Shown piece by piece: positions 9,701 to 17,882 of a stretch of 64,000 bases of DNA (positions are counted from its first letter, which is position 1; the number at the start of each line of letters is the position of its first letter). Source of the DNA: a virus (taxonomy: Duplodnaviria; Caudoviricetes); the IMG/VR virus record IMGVR_UViG_3300032007_000058, positions 1 through 64,000 of that record. One strand, written 5' to 3'. The notes below the pieces were generated by a model. It was not told the origin of the DNA, ran no database searches, and saw nothing but the letters and a program-made list of their open reading frames with translations. The translations under genes were made by a program, and so were the position numbers.

Positions 9701-10288
9701 ATGAAAGTAGAAGAGCGGGCCGTCGATACCGACGGGATGCAGCAAATAGCGCGGATAGTCTCAAATATTCCGGAGAGCGACGGGAATAAAGGCTCGATAT
9801 ATGCGGCGGAGGATGGGATCCATCTCAAGGTCATCGATCTTCCGTTTGCGCATGATAAGGTACAGGTCAGCTTCACAAACGAGAATATAAAGTTTTGGAA
9901 ACACGATGTGGACGGGGACTGGCGGGTCGTAAAGACCTATACGGCGGATGATGATTCGGGATGGGTCACGCTTCCAAGCGGGCTCAGAGTTCGACGCATA
10001 AGAAATATAGTATATATCAGCTCATACATCGAAATTTCAAGAGAGTTTCCAATGTGGCAACCATACACCATCGATACGTTGCCTGAGGGGTTTTTTGCCT
10101 CAAATTGGGGGAGTATAGGGTTTCCCGCCCTTTTTGATTGTTATGTGGGCGAAGGGATCCCGCTCACCGTTATGGTACATATATACATAAATGGTGCAAC
10201 AATCACGATGTATCAGCGCGATTATAATGTTCCAGCGTTGGCCCCGCGTTCAGGGTATCTTTTGTTTTTTGTTTCTATCCCGCTATGA
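9701..10288 (+). CDS. Small receptor-binding-like protein (intact paralogue)
   Basis: 195 aa; MKVEERAVDTD start; DDSGWVTLPSGLRVRRIRNIVYI and TLPEGF resemble fibre tip domains. Confidence 0.6.
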   Translation: MKVEERAVDTDGMQQIARIVSNIPESDGNKGSIYAAEDGIHLKVIDLPFAHDKVQVSFTNENIKFWKHDVDGDWRVVKTYTADDDSGWVTLPSGLRVRRIRNIVYISSYIEISREFPMWQPYTIDTLPEGFFASNWGSIGFPALFDCYVGEGIPLTVMVHIYINGATITMYQRDYNVPALAPRSGYLLFFVSIPL

Positions 10289-10611
10289 TGCTGGTTTTGG
10301 TGTGTGCGTTTTTTTGTGGTGTGGTCCATGAGTTGGGACATTATTTGGCGGCGCTTTACTTCGGTAAAGTTTTAAGATTCCGCTTTAGTTTCGGGCGGTT
10401 CTATGTCCCGCGATATATTTGGAACATGCCCCAGATGGAGAGATGGAAGCAGCGGGTCGTTGCGGTGTCGGGGTTCGCGACGGAGGGCTTCGTAGCTGGG
10501 GCGCTGTGTGGTGGTGGCTGGCCCTGGATGGCCGGGGCCTTCGTGGTGCATCTGGCGGCGTATCCGTTCTACGCGGGTACGGCGTCCGATTTCAAATGGT
10601 TCAAGGAGTGA
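10285..10611 (+). CDS. Small membrane protein with HEXXH motif (M50-like)
   Basis: Hydrophobic segments; VHELGHY motif. Confidence 0.55.
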   Translation: MMLVLVCAFFCGVVHELGHYLAALYFGKVLRFRFSFGRFYVPRYIWNMPQMERWKQRVVAVSGFATEGFVAGALCGGGWPWMAGAFVVHLAAYPFYAGTASDFKWFKE

Positions 10612-11390
10612 TGATCATGTGGGAGAAATTGAAGGAGATCAAGAAATGGGTCGTGGAGAAGGTGCTCTGGGTCGAACGCGAGCTGAAGGGCAAAAGCGGC
10701 GCGGAGAAACGGGAGGTCGTCGTGAGAATGCTGAACGACATCATCGACCTGCCGTGGGTCCCGGAGTGGATTGAAGGGTATGCCATCGGGTGGCTGGTGG
10801 ACTTCGTATGCGACGCACTGAACCGCCTGCTGGGGCACGACTGGAGCGGCGCGACGCTGAACGAGGACAACGTTGAAAAACTGGCGGCGGCGCTGGACGC
10901 GCCGGTGTCGGCGGTGAGCGCCGTGGCGGAAAAGCAGGGACTGAGCGTGGACGAGCGCATCGAAGAGCTGTATAAGGAATACGTCCTGAAGAACGAGACG
11001 CCCCCGGCGGACGAGCAGCTCACGCCGCACTTCGCGAAGAGCGAATTTGCCTGCAAGTGCGGATGCGGGGAGTTTGACATGGACCCGGACATCGTGAAAA
11101 TGTGCGAGACCATACGGACGGAGCTGAACATGCCCGTGATGGTCAACAGCGGGAGGCGGTGCGTGAAGTACAACGCGAAGGTGAAGGGAGCGGCGAAGGA
11201 CAGCCAGCACACGAAGGGCAAGGCGGTGGACTTGAGCTGCGCGGTGGGGCCGAAGAAGCTCTATGAGACCATTAAGCGGCTTTACGACGAGGGGAAGCTG
11301 CCGGGGCTGGAATATTGCTTGAGGTATCCCACGTTCGTACACATCGACGTGGGGCCGGCGCGCAAGCAGCGGTTCGCCGTAAGGGGGTAG
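10611..11390 (+). CDS. Endolysin, peptidase M15 (Zn D-Ala-D-Ala peptidase) with helical N-terminal extension
   Basis: TPHFAKSEFACKCGCG, VNSGRRC, SQHTKGKAVD, FVHIDV; RBS AAGGAG; start 10611 or 10617. Confidence 0.9.
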   Translation: MIMWEKLKEIKKWVVEKVLWVERELKGKSGAEKREVVVRMLNDIIDLPWVPEWIEGYAIGWLVDFVCDALNRLLGHDWSGATLNEDNVEKLAAALDAPVSAVSAVAEKQGLSVDERIEELYKEYVLKNETPPADEQLTPHFAKSEFACKCGCGEFDMDPDIVKMCETIRTELNMPVMVNSGRRCVKYNAKVKGAAKDSQHTKGKAVDLSCAVGPKKLYETIKRLYDEGKLPGLEYCLRYPTFVHIDVGPARKQRFAVRG

Positions 11391-11394
11391 CGCC

Positions 11395-11787
11395 ATGCAG
11401 AGGGGAGAGGTGATCCAAATGCAAGAGGAAACGCGGACCTTCCTCCAGGTCCTCAGTATCGCGGGGCTTGGAGGCGGGATCAATTACATCCGTCATCATC
11501 GGAGCGGGGGCTTCCGCGCGTTGGAGCTAGCCGCCAGTATCGCCGTCTCCGCCTTCGCAGGGATGGAGGCCCATTTCCTAGTCCGGTGGATGGGCCTGAG
11601 CGTGGATCTCCAGTTTGCTATCGCCGGGATCGCGGGGTACGGCGGCGGCGTGCTGCTCGATACCGCCGTGAACATCGCCCACCAGATCATGCACGCCCGC
11701 GCTGGGACGAAGGCGGGCGAGACTGGAAAGACGCAGGGCTCGACGGATATCCTGGGGACGCAGCCGGATGCGAAAGAAAAGAAGTAG
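11395..11787 (+). CDS. Holin (LydA-like)
   Basis: Directly after the endolysin; three hydrophobic segments, LGGGINYI, AIAGIAGYGG; two possible starts (11395/11419). Confidence 0.75.
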   Translation: MQRGEVIQMQEETRTFLQVLSIAGLGGGINYIRHHRSGGFRALELAASIAVSAFAGMEAHFLVRWMGLSVDLQFAIAGIAGYGGGVLLDTAVNIAHQIMHARAGTKAGETGKTQGSTDILGTQPDAKEKK

Positions 11788-11825
11788 TTATCGCTTGCAT
11801 TTTGTAAGCCTGTCACCTTCCTACG

Positions 11826-11853
11826 CGGGGCCCTTCGGGGCCCCGTTTTTTTT
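11826..11853 (+). terminator. Rho-independent terminator of the late operon
   Basis: CGGGGCCC-TTCG-GGGCCCCG followed by T8. Confidence 0.9.
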
Positions 11854-11968
11854 GTACTTGAAAGCTACTATACAAGCCGTCCATCTTCCGTTATTTAGGT
11901 ATAAATACCTATAGTAATTATATTTATAATGAAGTATGATTAAACCATCAAGAAAGGAGGTGAGGACG

Positions 11969-12154
11969 GTGGACGAGGAAACAAGGCAGCTCATCCGAGA
12001 CCTGAACGGGCTCCTCTAGACCCTGATAGCAAGCCTAGCACTCTACTTCAGCTACCAGGCCTACCGAAAAAGGCCCAAGGCCCCGGATGAGCGGAAACGG
12101 AAGCGCCCCAAACGGGGCAGGCGGCGCAAGCGCCGAAACAGGCGCAAGCGCTAA
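11969..12154 (+). pseudogene. Small membrane protein with Arg/Lys-rich tail, interrupted by in-frame TAG (12017-12019)
   Basis: Strong RBS AAGGAGGTG; VDEETRQLIRDLNGLL*TLIASLALYFSYQAYRKRPK...RRKRRNRRKR. Confidence 0.55.
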
Positions 12155-12215
12155 GACCGAGGGGGGAGGTCGGATCTCCCCCCTACTTCCAAATTTTACC
12201 ACGTCCACCGTTAGG

Positions 12216-12383
12216 ATGGGAAAGTTCCAGAAGGCTTTTTTAGTGTTGGCCCCGGCGTTGTTGGCAGCTTCCACGCCGCTCTATGACTGGGACAGGGAGG
12301 CGCTCTCCTTCGTGCTGTTCGGCGTCGCCCTGGGGGCTTGGGGGGCCGCCCTAGCGGCCTGGCTAGGCACGCGGGGACGGTGA
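12216..12383 (+). CDS. Small two-TM membrane protein
   Basis: 55 aa, two hydrophobic stretches; weak RBS. Confidence 0.4.
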   Translation: MGKFQKAFLVLAPALLAASTPLYDWDREALSFVLFGVALGAWGAALAAWLGTRGR

Positions 12384-12388
12384 GCGGG

Positions 12389-12667
12389 ATGGACGTCGAG
12401 GATTTCGTCTCGGTGGCGGAGGCAGTGGAGATATCCGGATACGATCGGATGCACATCGCCCTCCTCTGCCGCCAGGGCAGGCTTCCCGGCGCGCGAAAGA
12501 TGGGGAGCCAGTGGATCATCCCGCGCAAGGCGCTCCAAGAGTACATGCCCGCGCCGCCCGGTCCCAGGCCGGGCTCGAAGCGGGTGAAGGAGGATCCCCT
12601 GGAGGCGGAGCTGAAGGAGGCCATCGCCAGGGGGAAAGCGAGAAAAGAGAGAGGCGACGGGGGATAG
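12389..12667 (+). CDS. Excisionase-type HTH (HTH_17) DNA-binding protein
   Basis: FVSVAEAVEISGY...LCRQGRLPGARKMGSQWIIP. Confidence 0.85.
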   Translation: MDVEDFVSVAEAVEISGYDRMHIALLCRQGRLPGARKMGSQWIIPRKALQEYMPAPPGPRPGSKRVKEDPLEAELKEAIARGKARKERGDGG

Positions 12668-12686
12668 CCCCCGCCGCCTCTTTTTT
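12651..12686 (+). terminator. Probable Rho-independent terminator
   Basis: GAGGCGACGGGGG/CCCCCGCCGCCTC imperfect stem plus T6. Confidence 0.65.
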
Positions 12687-12771
12687 GCGCCCTTGCGCCC
12701 CTCCACACCGGGCCCCCAAAAATATAATAAGATCATACTGCGAGGATACCAATAAGAAACGGAGGGTCGGT

Positions 12772-13500
12772 ATGAGTTTCACGAAGATGCTCTGCGAGGC
12801 GCTGGACATCCCGAGGCCGGAGGAGAAGCTGAAGCCCATCGAGCATGGCGGGCGATGCGGGATGTGCGGCGGGGAAGAGGGGCCGTTCTATCGCGGCCAG
12901 GACCTATGCAGCAATAGCAACGCCGTCTTCCTAGAGGTCTTCCACGGCGCGGACTGCCCTGTGTGCGTTTATTGCGCCTCGCTGTTCAAGGCGCAAAATC
13001 CCAAGCTCTGCAATACGGGGAGCAAGGCTATGTGCGTCATCGACGGGGTAGGGGGGCTCCCTGTCATCGCCAGGGACAGCGCGGAGAAGTTCGATAGGCC
13101 CTGCTGGACGGACCTAGTTAAGGCGGTGAGGATCGGTGCCCCCTGCGTAATAATCCTCTCCACCAATACAAAGAAACGCGTCTGGCCGATAGCGAAAAGC
13201 GGCTTCATCGGCGAGAACACGCCAGTGACGCTGAGCGACAACGAGCTGGACCTTAACACGACCATCTATATCGACTGGGGCGAGATGCTTAAGGACCTTG
13301 CGTATGTCGAAAGCCTAATGACGGCGGGGCTGGCGAAGGGGATGCTGTTTAGCTCCCTGCTGAAGGGCTTGCCGCCCGAGGGTTGGACGGCGGAAGATAT
13401 TATCGAGGCCGAGATGAAGATGTCCATCATACGCACGAAGAAGCACGCCCCATTCGTTCAACTTATCGCACAGAAAGCGAAGGAGGAAGCGCTATCATGA
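12772..13500 (+). CDS. csf1: Type IV CRISPR-associated Csf1 (Cas8-like, Zn-finger)
   Basis: CGMC...CVYC zinc motif, P...ILSTNTKKRVW motif, position directly before csf2/csf3-like RAMPs. Confidence 0.72.
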   Translation: MSFTKMLCEALDIPRPEEKLKPIEHGGRCGMCGGEEGPFYRGQDLCSNSNAVFLEVFHGADCPVCVYCASLFKAQNPKLCNTGSKAMCVIDGVGGLPVIARDSAEKFDRPCWTDLVKAVRIGAPCVIILSTNTKKRVWPIAKSGFIGENTPVTLSDNELDLNTTIYIDWGEMLKDLAYVESLMTAGLAKGMLFSSLLKGLPPEGWTAEDIIEAEMKMSIIRTKKHAPFVQLIAQKAKEEALS

Positions 13501-14930
13501 GATTTGAGGCGAAGCCGAACGTCATCGAGATGATCCTGACCGCCCAGAGCCCCATCATCCACGGGGACCCCGCTGTGACGCGGGACACGAATATCACCAC
13601 GTTCAACCGCCAGAAGCAGATCCTTCCGCTTGCGCCTGTATTCTCCGGGAACGGGGACGATGAGCGGCTACTGAAGGCTATCGCTGAGGCCCACCCCGTC
13701 ACGCCGGGGCTGAAAAAGCTATTCTCCCAGTCCTCGACGGCGGAAGTAGTCTCCGTGATCCTCATCCGGCTCTTTATCGAGATCTACAGCGGGAAGGGGC
13801 TCTTCGTCGATGCGGACCGGTACTCCATGCTGGAAGGGCGCGTGAAGGCCGTATCTATGAAGGCGGGCTCGCTCTCTACGTTCTGGGGCGGGCTCCTGGA
13901 CGCGATGGACGTAGACATCCAGCCGGGGGCCTACGATGCGATGCTGGCCGATATCTTCTCCCTGTCTCGAAAGCTCCAAGCCCTGGCGCTATCTATCTTG
14001 GTCGAGATCGGGGCCGTAGCGATCTTCAAGGCCCGCCTCTGGAATAACGCGCTACGGGACGCCAGGCGTGACGAGGAGCTTAAAGAGGGCGGTGCGAGCG
14101 AGGGATTGACCGAGACGCTGGACCTCTTGTCTATGCTGGATGATCCGGCGGATATCCAGCGCAAGGAAGCCGAGAGCTCTGTGGTCGAGGTCCCGACGGT
14201 CTCCCCCAACACCATCCGCAATCGTGTCATCCGCACGCCGGGATGGGAACACCTTTGCGCGGCGCTAGGGATCGACGCGATGCATCCGGGCGATGGGGAC
14301 CTGCCCATCGGGGTGGAGGCACTGTTCGTGAATGGCGGGAACATCGAGAGCGGCGGGAAGCAGCCGAACGCGCCTGAGGCTATGGCGAACGCCATCCGGC
14401 GGAAGTATCCGCTCGTGGACCTGCTGGGCGGGGTGATAAACTCCGTCATCCTGGGGCGCTCCTGCCTTTCGGTGAATTCGTGGCTGGTATGCAGGGAGAA
14501 TGCTTCCATCCTGGAACATACCAGCGCGGCGGGGCGAAGCAACCTCCGTATCAGCTCCTTCCAGATGGTGGACAGCGAGATGAAGATCAGGACGAAGACA
14601 TCGCGCGGCGTGGGGCAGTCCATGGCGAACGCGGAATCCCTGGCGATCGGGTCGGAGATCTTCGTGCGCCTGACACTGGCCCCGTTCACCCAGGATATCA
14701 CGAAGGGGGCGCTATTCGCGGCGCTGAGGACCTTCCAGGCCATGCCTCACGTCGGGGGGCATTCCAGCACTGGCGGCGGGCTGATGGATATGGATCTGAC
14801 GCGGGGGATGGAGGGAGAGGACGCCCTGCTCGCCCTTTATGAGGACTATCTGGAGGAGCATAAGGAGGAGCTGCGGCAGGGGCTCGTGACGGGCACCCTA
14901 GCGATCGGGGATAAGGCGCTGTGCGTGTGA
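13497..14930 (+). CDS. csf2: Type IV Cas7-like RAMP Csf2 with ~185 aa helical insertion
   Basis: LTAQSPIIHG, FNRQK, VPTVSPNTIRN, LFVNGGNI, YPLVDLLGG, E.LAIG and C-terminal Gly loop VGGHSSTGGG. Confidence 0.85.
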   Translation: MRFEAKPNVIEMILTAQSPIIHGDPAVTRDTNITTFNRQKQILPLAPVFSGNGDDERLLKAIAEAHPVTPGLKKLFSQSSTAEVVSVILIRLFIEIYSGKGLFVDADRYSMLEGRVKAVSMKAGSLSTFWGGLLDAMDVDIQPGAYDAMLADIFSLSRKLQALALSILVEIGAVAIFKARLWNNALRDARRDEELKEGGASEGLTETLDLLSMLDDPADIQRKEAESSVVEVPTVSPNTIRNRVIRTPGWEHLCAALGIDAMHPGDGDLPIGVEALFVNGGNIESGGKQPNAPEAMANAIRRKYPLVDLLGGVINSVILGRSCLSVNSWLVCRENASILEHTSAAGRSNLRISSFQMVDSEMKIRTKTSRGVGQSMANAESLAIGSEIFVRLTLAPFTQDITKGALFAALRTFQAMPHVGGHSSTGGGLMDMDLTRGMEGEDALLALYEDYLEEHKEELRQGLVTGTLAIGDKALCV

Positions 14931-14940
14931 GGTGAGGGGA

Positions 14941-15672
14941 ATGTATACTCCCGACCTGCTGAAGCCTTATGAGGAGAGATATCGGGGCATCGTTCCTCAG
15001 GGGATGAAGGTAGAGGCTGTCTTGGAGGACCGCTTCATCGCTACCGAGCCGGTGACGCTAGATGGGCTCCTGGCCTGGGCCGTGGTCCAGGAGGCGCAGA
15101 ATGAGGCCGGGGAGAGGATACCCTTTCAGGAGAGGGAGGATATCGCCTTCATGCCCCTGCCCCTCAAGATACTGTGGGCGGATGAGGCGGGCGGCCCGCT
15201 ATGGTGTGCGTCGTTCTTCCTCCCCGACGAGGTGGACTGTGACGTGGAATATATGCACAAGCGAGCGCCGGACGGGCATAGGACGAAGAGCAAGCATCCC
15301 GAGTCCTTCGGCGTGAAGGGCGTGACGGGGCGATGGGCGGAACGTCGGACGCCGTTCCCCGTCACTCTTGCCCGAAAGCTGGAAGCATGGTGCCTGGGGG
15401 ACGTCGCCGAGGTCCGGCGGCTCCTCCAGTACGTCACGCACGTAGGGAAGAAGACGGCGGCGGGGTTCGGTATCGTGCGGGAGTGGATCGTCGAGCCCGC
15501 CGATATCCAGGAACGGGACTGCCTCATCCGGGACGGGAAGCTGGTACGGAACGTCCCTGCGGGATATGGCGGCATCGAGACCGAGGCTCCAACAGAGCTG
15601 CTGGGCTGGGCCCCTCCGTATTGGGACCCGGCGTTCTATGGGGCTGGCTTCCGCTTCGGGGCGCGGATATGA
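14941..15672 (+). CDS. csf3: Type IV Cas5-like RAMP Csf3
   Basis: VTLDGLLAWA, LPL...WCAS, GDVAEVRRLL..VTHVGKKTAAGFGIVREWIVE. Confidence 0.88.
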   Translation: MYTPDLLKPYEERYRGIVPQGMKVEAVLEDRFIATEPVTLDGLLAWAVVQEAQNEAGERIPFQEREDIAFMPLPLKILWADEAGGPLWCASFFLPDEVDCDVEYMHKRAPDGHRTKSKHPESFGVKGVTGRWAERRTPFPVTLARKLEAWCLGDVAEVRRLLQYVTHVGKKTAAGFGIVREWIVEPADIQERDCLIRDGKLVRNVPAGYGGIETEAPTELLGWAPPYWDPAFYGAGFRFGARI

Positions 15673-15721
15673 GAGCGTTACAAAACTGCGCCATGGTACA
15701 AAAAAATAACATACATGCGGG

Positions 15722-16447
15722 GTGGTGATGGATATGATCGTGACAGGGAGCGCCCTACGCGATACGGAGACGAAGGCGAAGATCGCGGCAGAAGCGGCCT
15801 GTCTCCTACGGCCATCTGCCCCGGTCAGTCCCCTGGTCTGGGAGATCGGGGATACAGGGGCCTCAAAGGATGAGCCAAGGCATGTGGGCGTATTGCCGCC
15901 GGAGCGCCACGAGGGGGCGGCGCAGATGCTCCGGCAGATGGGATTCGTCTGGACCGTCTCTATATGGGCGAAGAAGTGTACGGATGAAACGGTGGACGAC
16001 CTGATCGTCGAGGTGGCTGTGGGTCTTTTGGCGCTGGGGCTGGTTGTGCGCGTCCCCCGCCCTGAGCTCGTCGAGCGTGTCGTGTCCGGGGACTACGAGC
16101 CCGTCTGTATGCGGCACGTGAAGGTCTTGTCTGGGGGACGAAGGTTTATCTTGACTTGGCCCAGTGAGAAAGATAACGGCCTCTACGACGCGCTTAAGCG
16201 CGTGCCCGGCGCGAGATGGGACCGGGCGCTTCGGGGCGTGACCTTACCGAAGGAGATGTATAACGAGATGCTGGACTTCGCCGAGGCTAACGGATTCCAG
16301 ATCTCGGAGGAGGCGCAGCGCTTGGCCGCCGAAGCGGAGGCCGTGTATAAGGCTACCGTCATCGTGGACGTGCAGCCCCGCGAGCTTGAGCCACCGGCCA
16401 GGCGGGGGATAGGAGAGATCGATGCGGAGCTTCGCGACGACGACTGA
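15722..16447 (+). CDS. Hypothetical protein with C-terminal HARP-like domain
   Basis: LYDALKRVPGARWD...VTLP...MLDFAEANGF; overlaps the SNF2 gene start. Confidence 0.55.
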   Translation: MVMDMIVTGSALRDTETKAKIAAEAACLLRPSAPVSPLVWEIGDTGASKDEPRHVGVLPPERHEGAAQMLRQMGFVWTVSIWAKKCTDETVDDLIVEVAVGLLALGLVVRVPRPELVERVVSGDYEPVCMRHVKVLSGGRRFILTWPSEKDNGLYDALKRVPGARWDRALRGVTLPKEMYNEMLDFAEANGFQISEEAQRLAAEAEAVYKATVIVDVQPRELEPPARRGIGEIDAELRDDD

Positions 16448-17882
16448 ATTGCTCCCGCATCAGGTGGAGGCGGTGGCGAAGCTCCTTCCATCGCGGGTCG
16501 GAGCGCTCTTTATGGAGATGGGGACGGGGAAGAGCAGGACTGCTATAGAGCTGGTCCGCCTGCGGGCGCGAAAGGTGGACCGGGTGCTCTGGTTCTGCCC
16601 CGTGTCTTTGAAGGAGACCGTAAGGCACGAAATCTTAAAACATACGGATTGTGCCCCGGAGGATGTCTGCGTTTTTGGGGATAAGACGGACGAGCGTACC
16701 GTGCCGAAGGGCCCCCTCTGGTACGTCATCGGGCTGGAAAGCGTGTCGCAGAGCAGGCGGGTGGCCTTGACGGCGGCGCGGCTGGCGACGAAAGATTCTT
16801 TCGCCATCGTGGACGAATCCAGCTATATCAAAGGGCATGAAGCACTGCGCACGCGGCGGCTCATCGTCTTCTGCGAGAAATGCCGCTATCGCATGATCTT
16901 GACGGGGACGCCCATGACACAGGGAGTACCTGACCTGTTCAGCCAGATGTATTTTCTCTCGCCAAAGATCCTTGGCTATCGGTCGTGGTATACCTTCGAG
17001 GCCAATCACCTGGAGTACGACAAGCGCCGAAAGGGGCTGCTCATCCGGGCGCATGACACGCAGGGATTAGCGGAGAAGATGCAGCCCTACGTCTTTCAGG
17101 TCACGAAGGGCGAATGTCTATCATTACCGGAGAAGCTATACGACCGCTATTATTTTGAGTTGACTCCTGAGCAGGAAAGGGCCTATGCCCAGGCAAAGAG
17201 CGATTTCGCGGACGCTCTGGCTGACGAAGGCGGCGATAGCTTTAGCTCCCTCCCGTTCTTTTATCTTTTTACGTCGTTGCAGTCCATCGTGTGCGGCTTC
17301 TGGCGCTATCGCCCCGAATGGTGGCGCAGGGACAAGGAATGGCCGATGCAGGTGGAGACCTTACCACACCGACGTATCGAGTGCATGATGGACGTGATCG
17401 GACGTATCCCCTCCAGCGAAAAGGTCATCATCTGGGCGAAGTACCGGCATTGCGTAGAGGAGATCGTAAAGAGCCTGAATACCGCATTTGGAGCGGATGC
17501 GGTGGCGCAGTTCCACGGCGGGATCCTGAGGCGGGGACGGGAGGCGGAGCTAGAGAAGTTTCGCACGTCGGCGCGGTTCCTCGTAGCGACGCAGTCCTGC
17601 GGCGGGCATGGGCTGACCTTGAACGAGGCTTCATATGTGATCTTCTATGCGGATGGATTTAAGTATTCCGAACGCCTCCAGGCGGAAGACCGCTGTCACC
17701 GTATCGGGCAGAGCCGCCCCGTCACCTATATCACGCTCTCCAGCAATGCGGGCATCGAGAACAGGATAGCTCAGGCCATCGCGAACAAGTCCGACGTCCT
17801 GCGGGACTTTAAGGCAGAGATCGATAAGGTCAAGGAGGAGGGGATAAGGGACCGGGCGAGAAAGATGGTGATGGAGCTATGA
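16422..17882 (+). CDS. SNF2/SWI2-family helicase
   Basis: LLPHQ, MEMGTGKS (Walker A), IVDESS (DExx), LTGTP, GGHGLTL, QAEDRCHRIGQ. Confidence 0.93.
   Translation: MRSFATTTELLPHQVEAVAKLLPSRVGALFMEMGTGKSRTAIELVRLRARKVDRVLWFCPVSLKETVRHEILKHTDCAPEDVCVFGDKTDERTVPKGPLWYVIGLESVSQSRRVALTAARLATKDSFAIVDESSYIKGHEALRTRRLIVFCEKCRYRMILTGTPMTQGVPDLFSQMYFLSPKILGYRSWYTFEANHLEYDKRRKGLLIRAHDTQGLAEKMQPYVFQVTKGECLSLPEKLYDRYYFELTPEQERAYAQAKSDFADALADEGGDSFSSLPFFYLFTSLQSIVCGFWRYRPEWWRRDKEWPMQVETLPHRRIECMMDVIGRIPSSEKVIIWAKYRHCVEEIVKSLNTAFGADAVAQFHGGILRRGREAELEKFRTSARFLVATQSCGGHGLTLNEASYVIFYADGFKYSERLQAEDRCHRIGQSRPVTYITLSSNAGIENRIAQAIANKSDVLRDFKAEIDKVKEEGIRDRARKMVMEL

Noticed and set aside
5698-10288. Diversity-generating retroelement or invertase shufflon for the tail fibres
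   Set aside because: No reverse transcriptase, no TR/VR pair differing at adenines, no serine invertase or inverted crossover sites seen
12017-12019. TAG recoding (alternative genetic code)
   Set aside because: Many clear genes here end in TAG (2472, 7476, 9045, 11390), so the standard code applies
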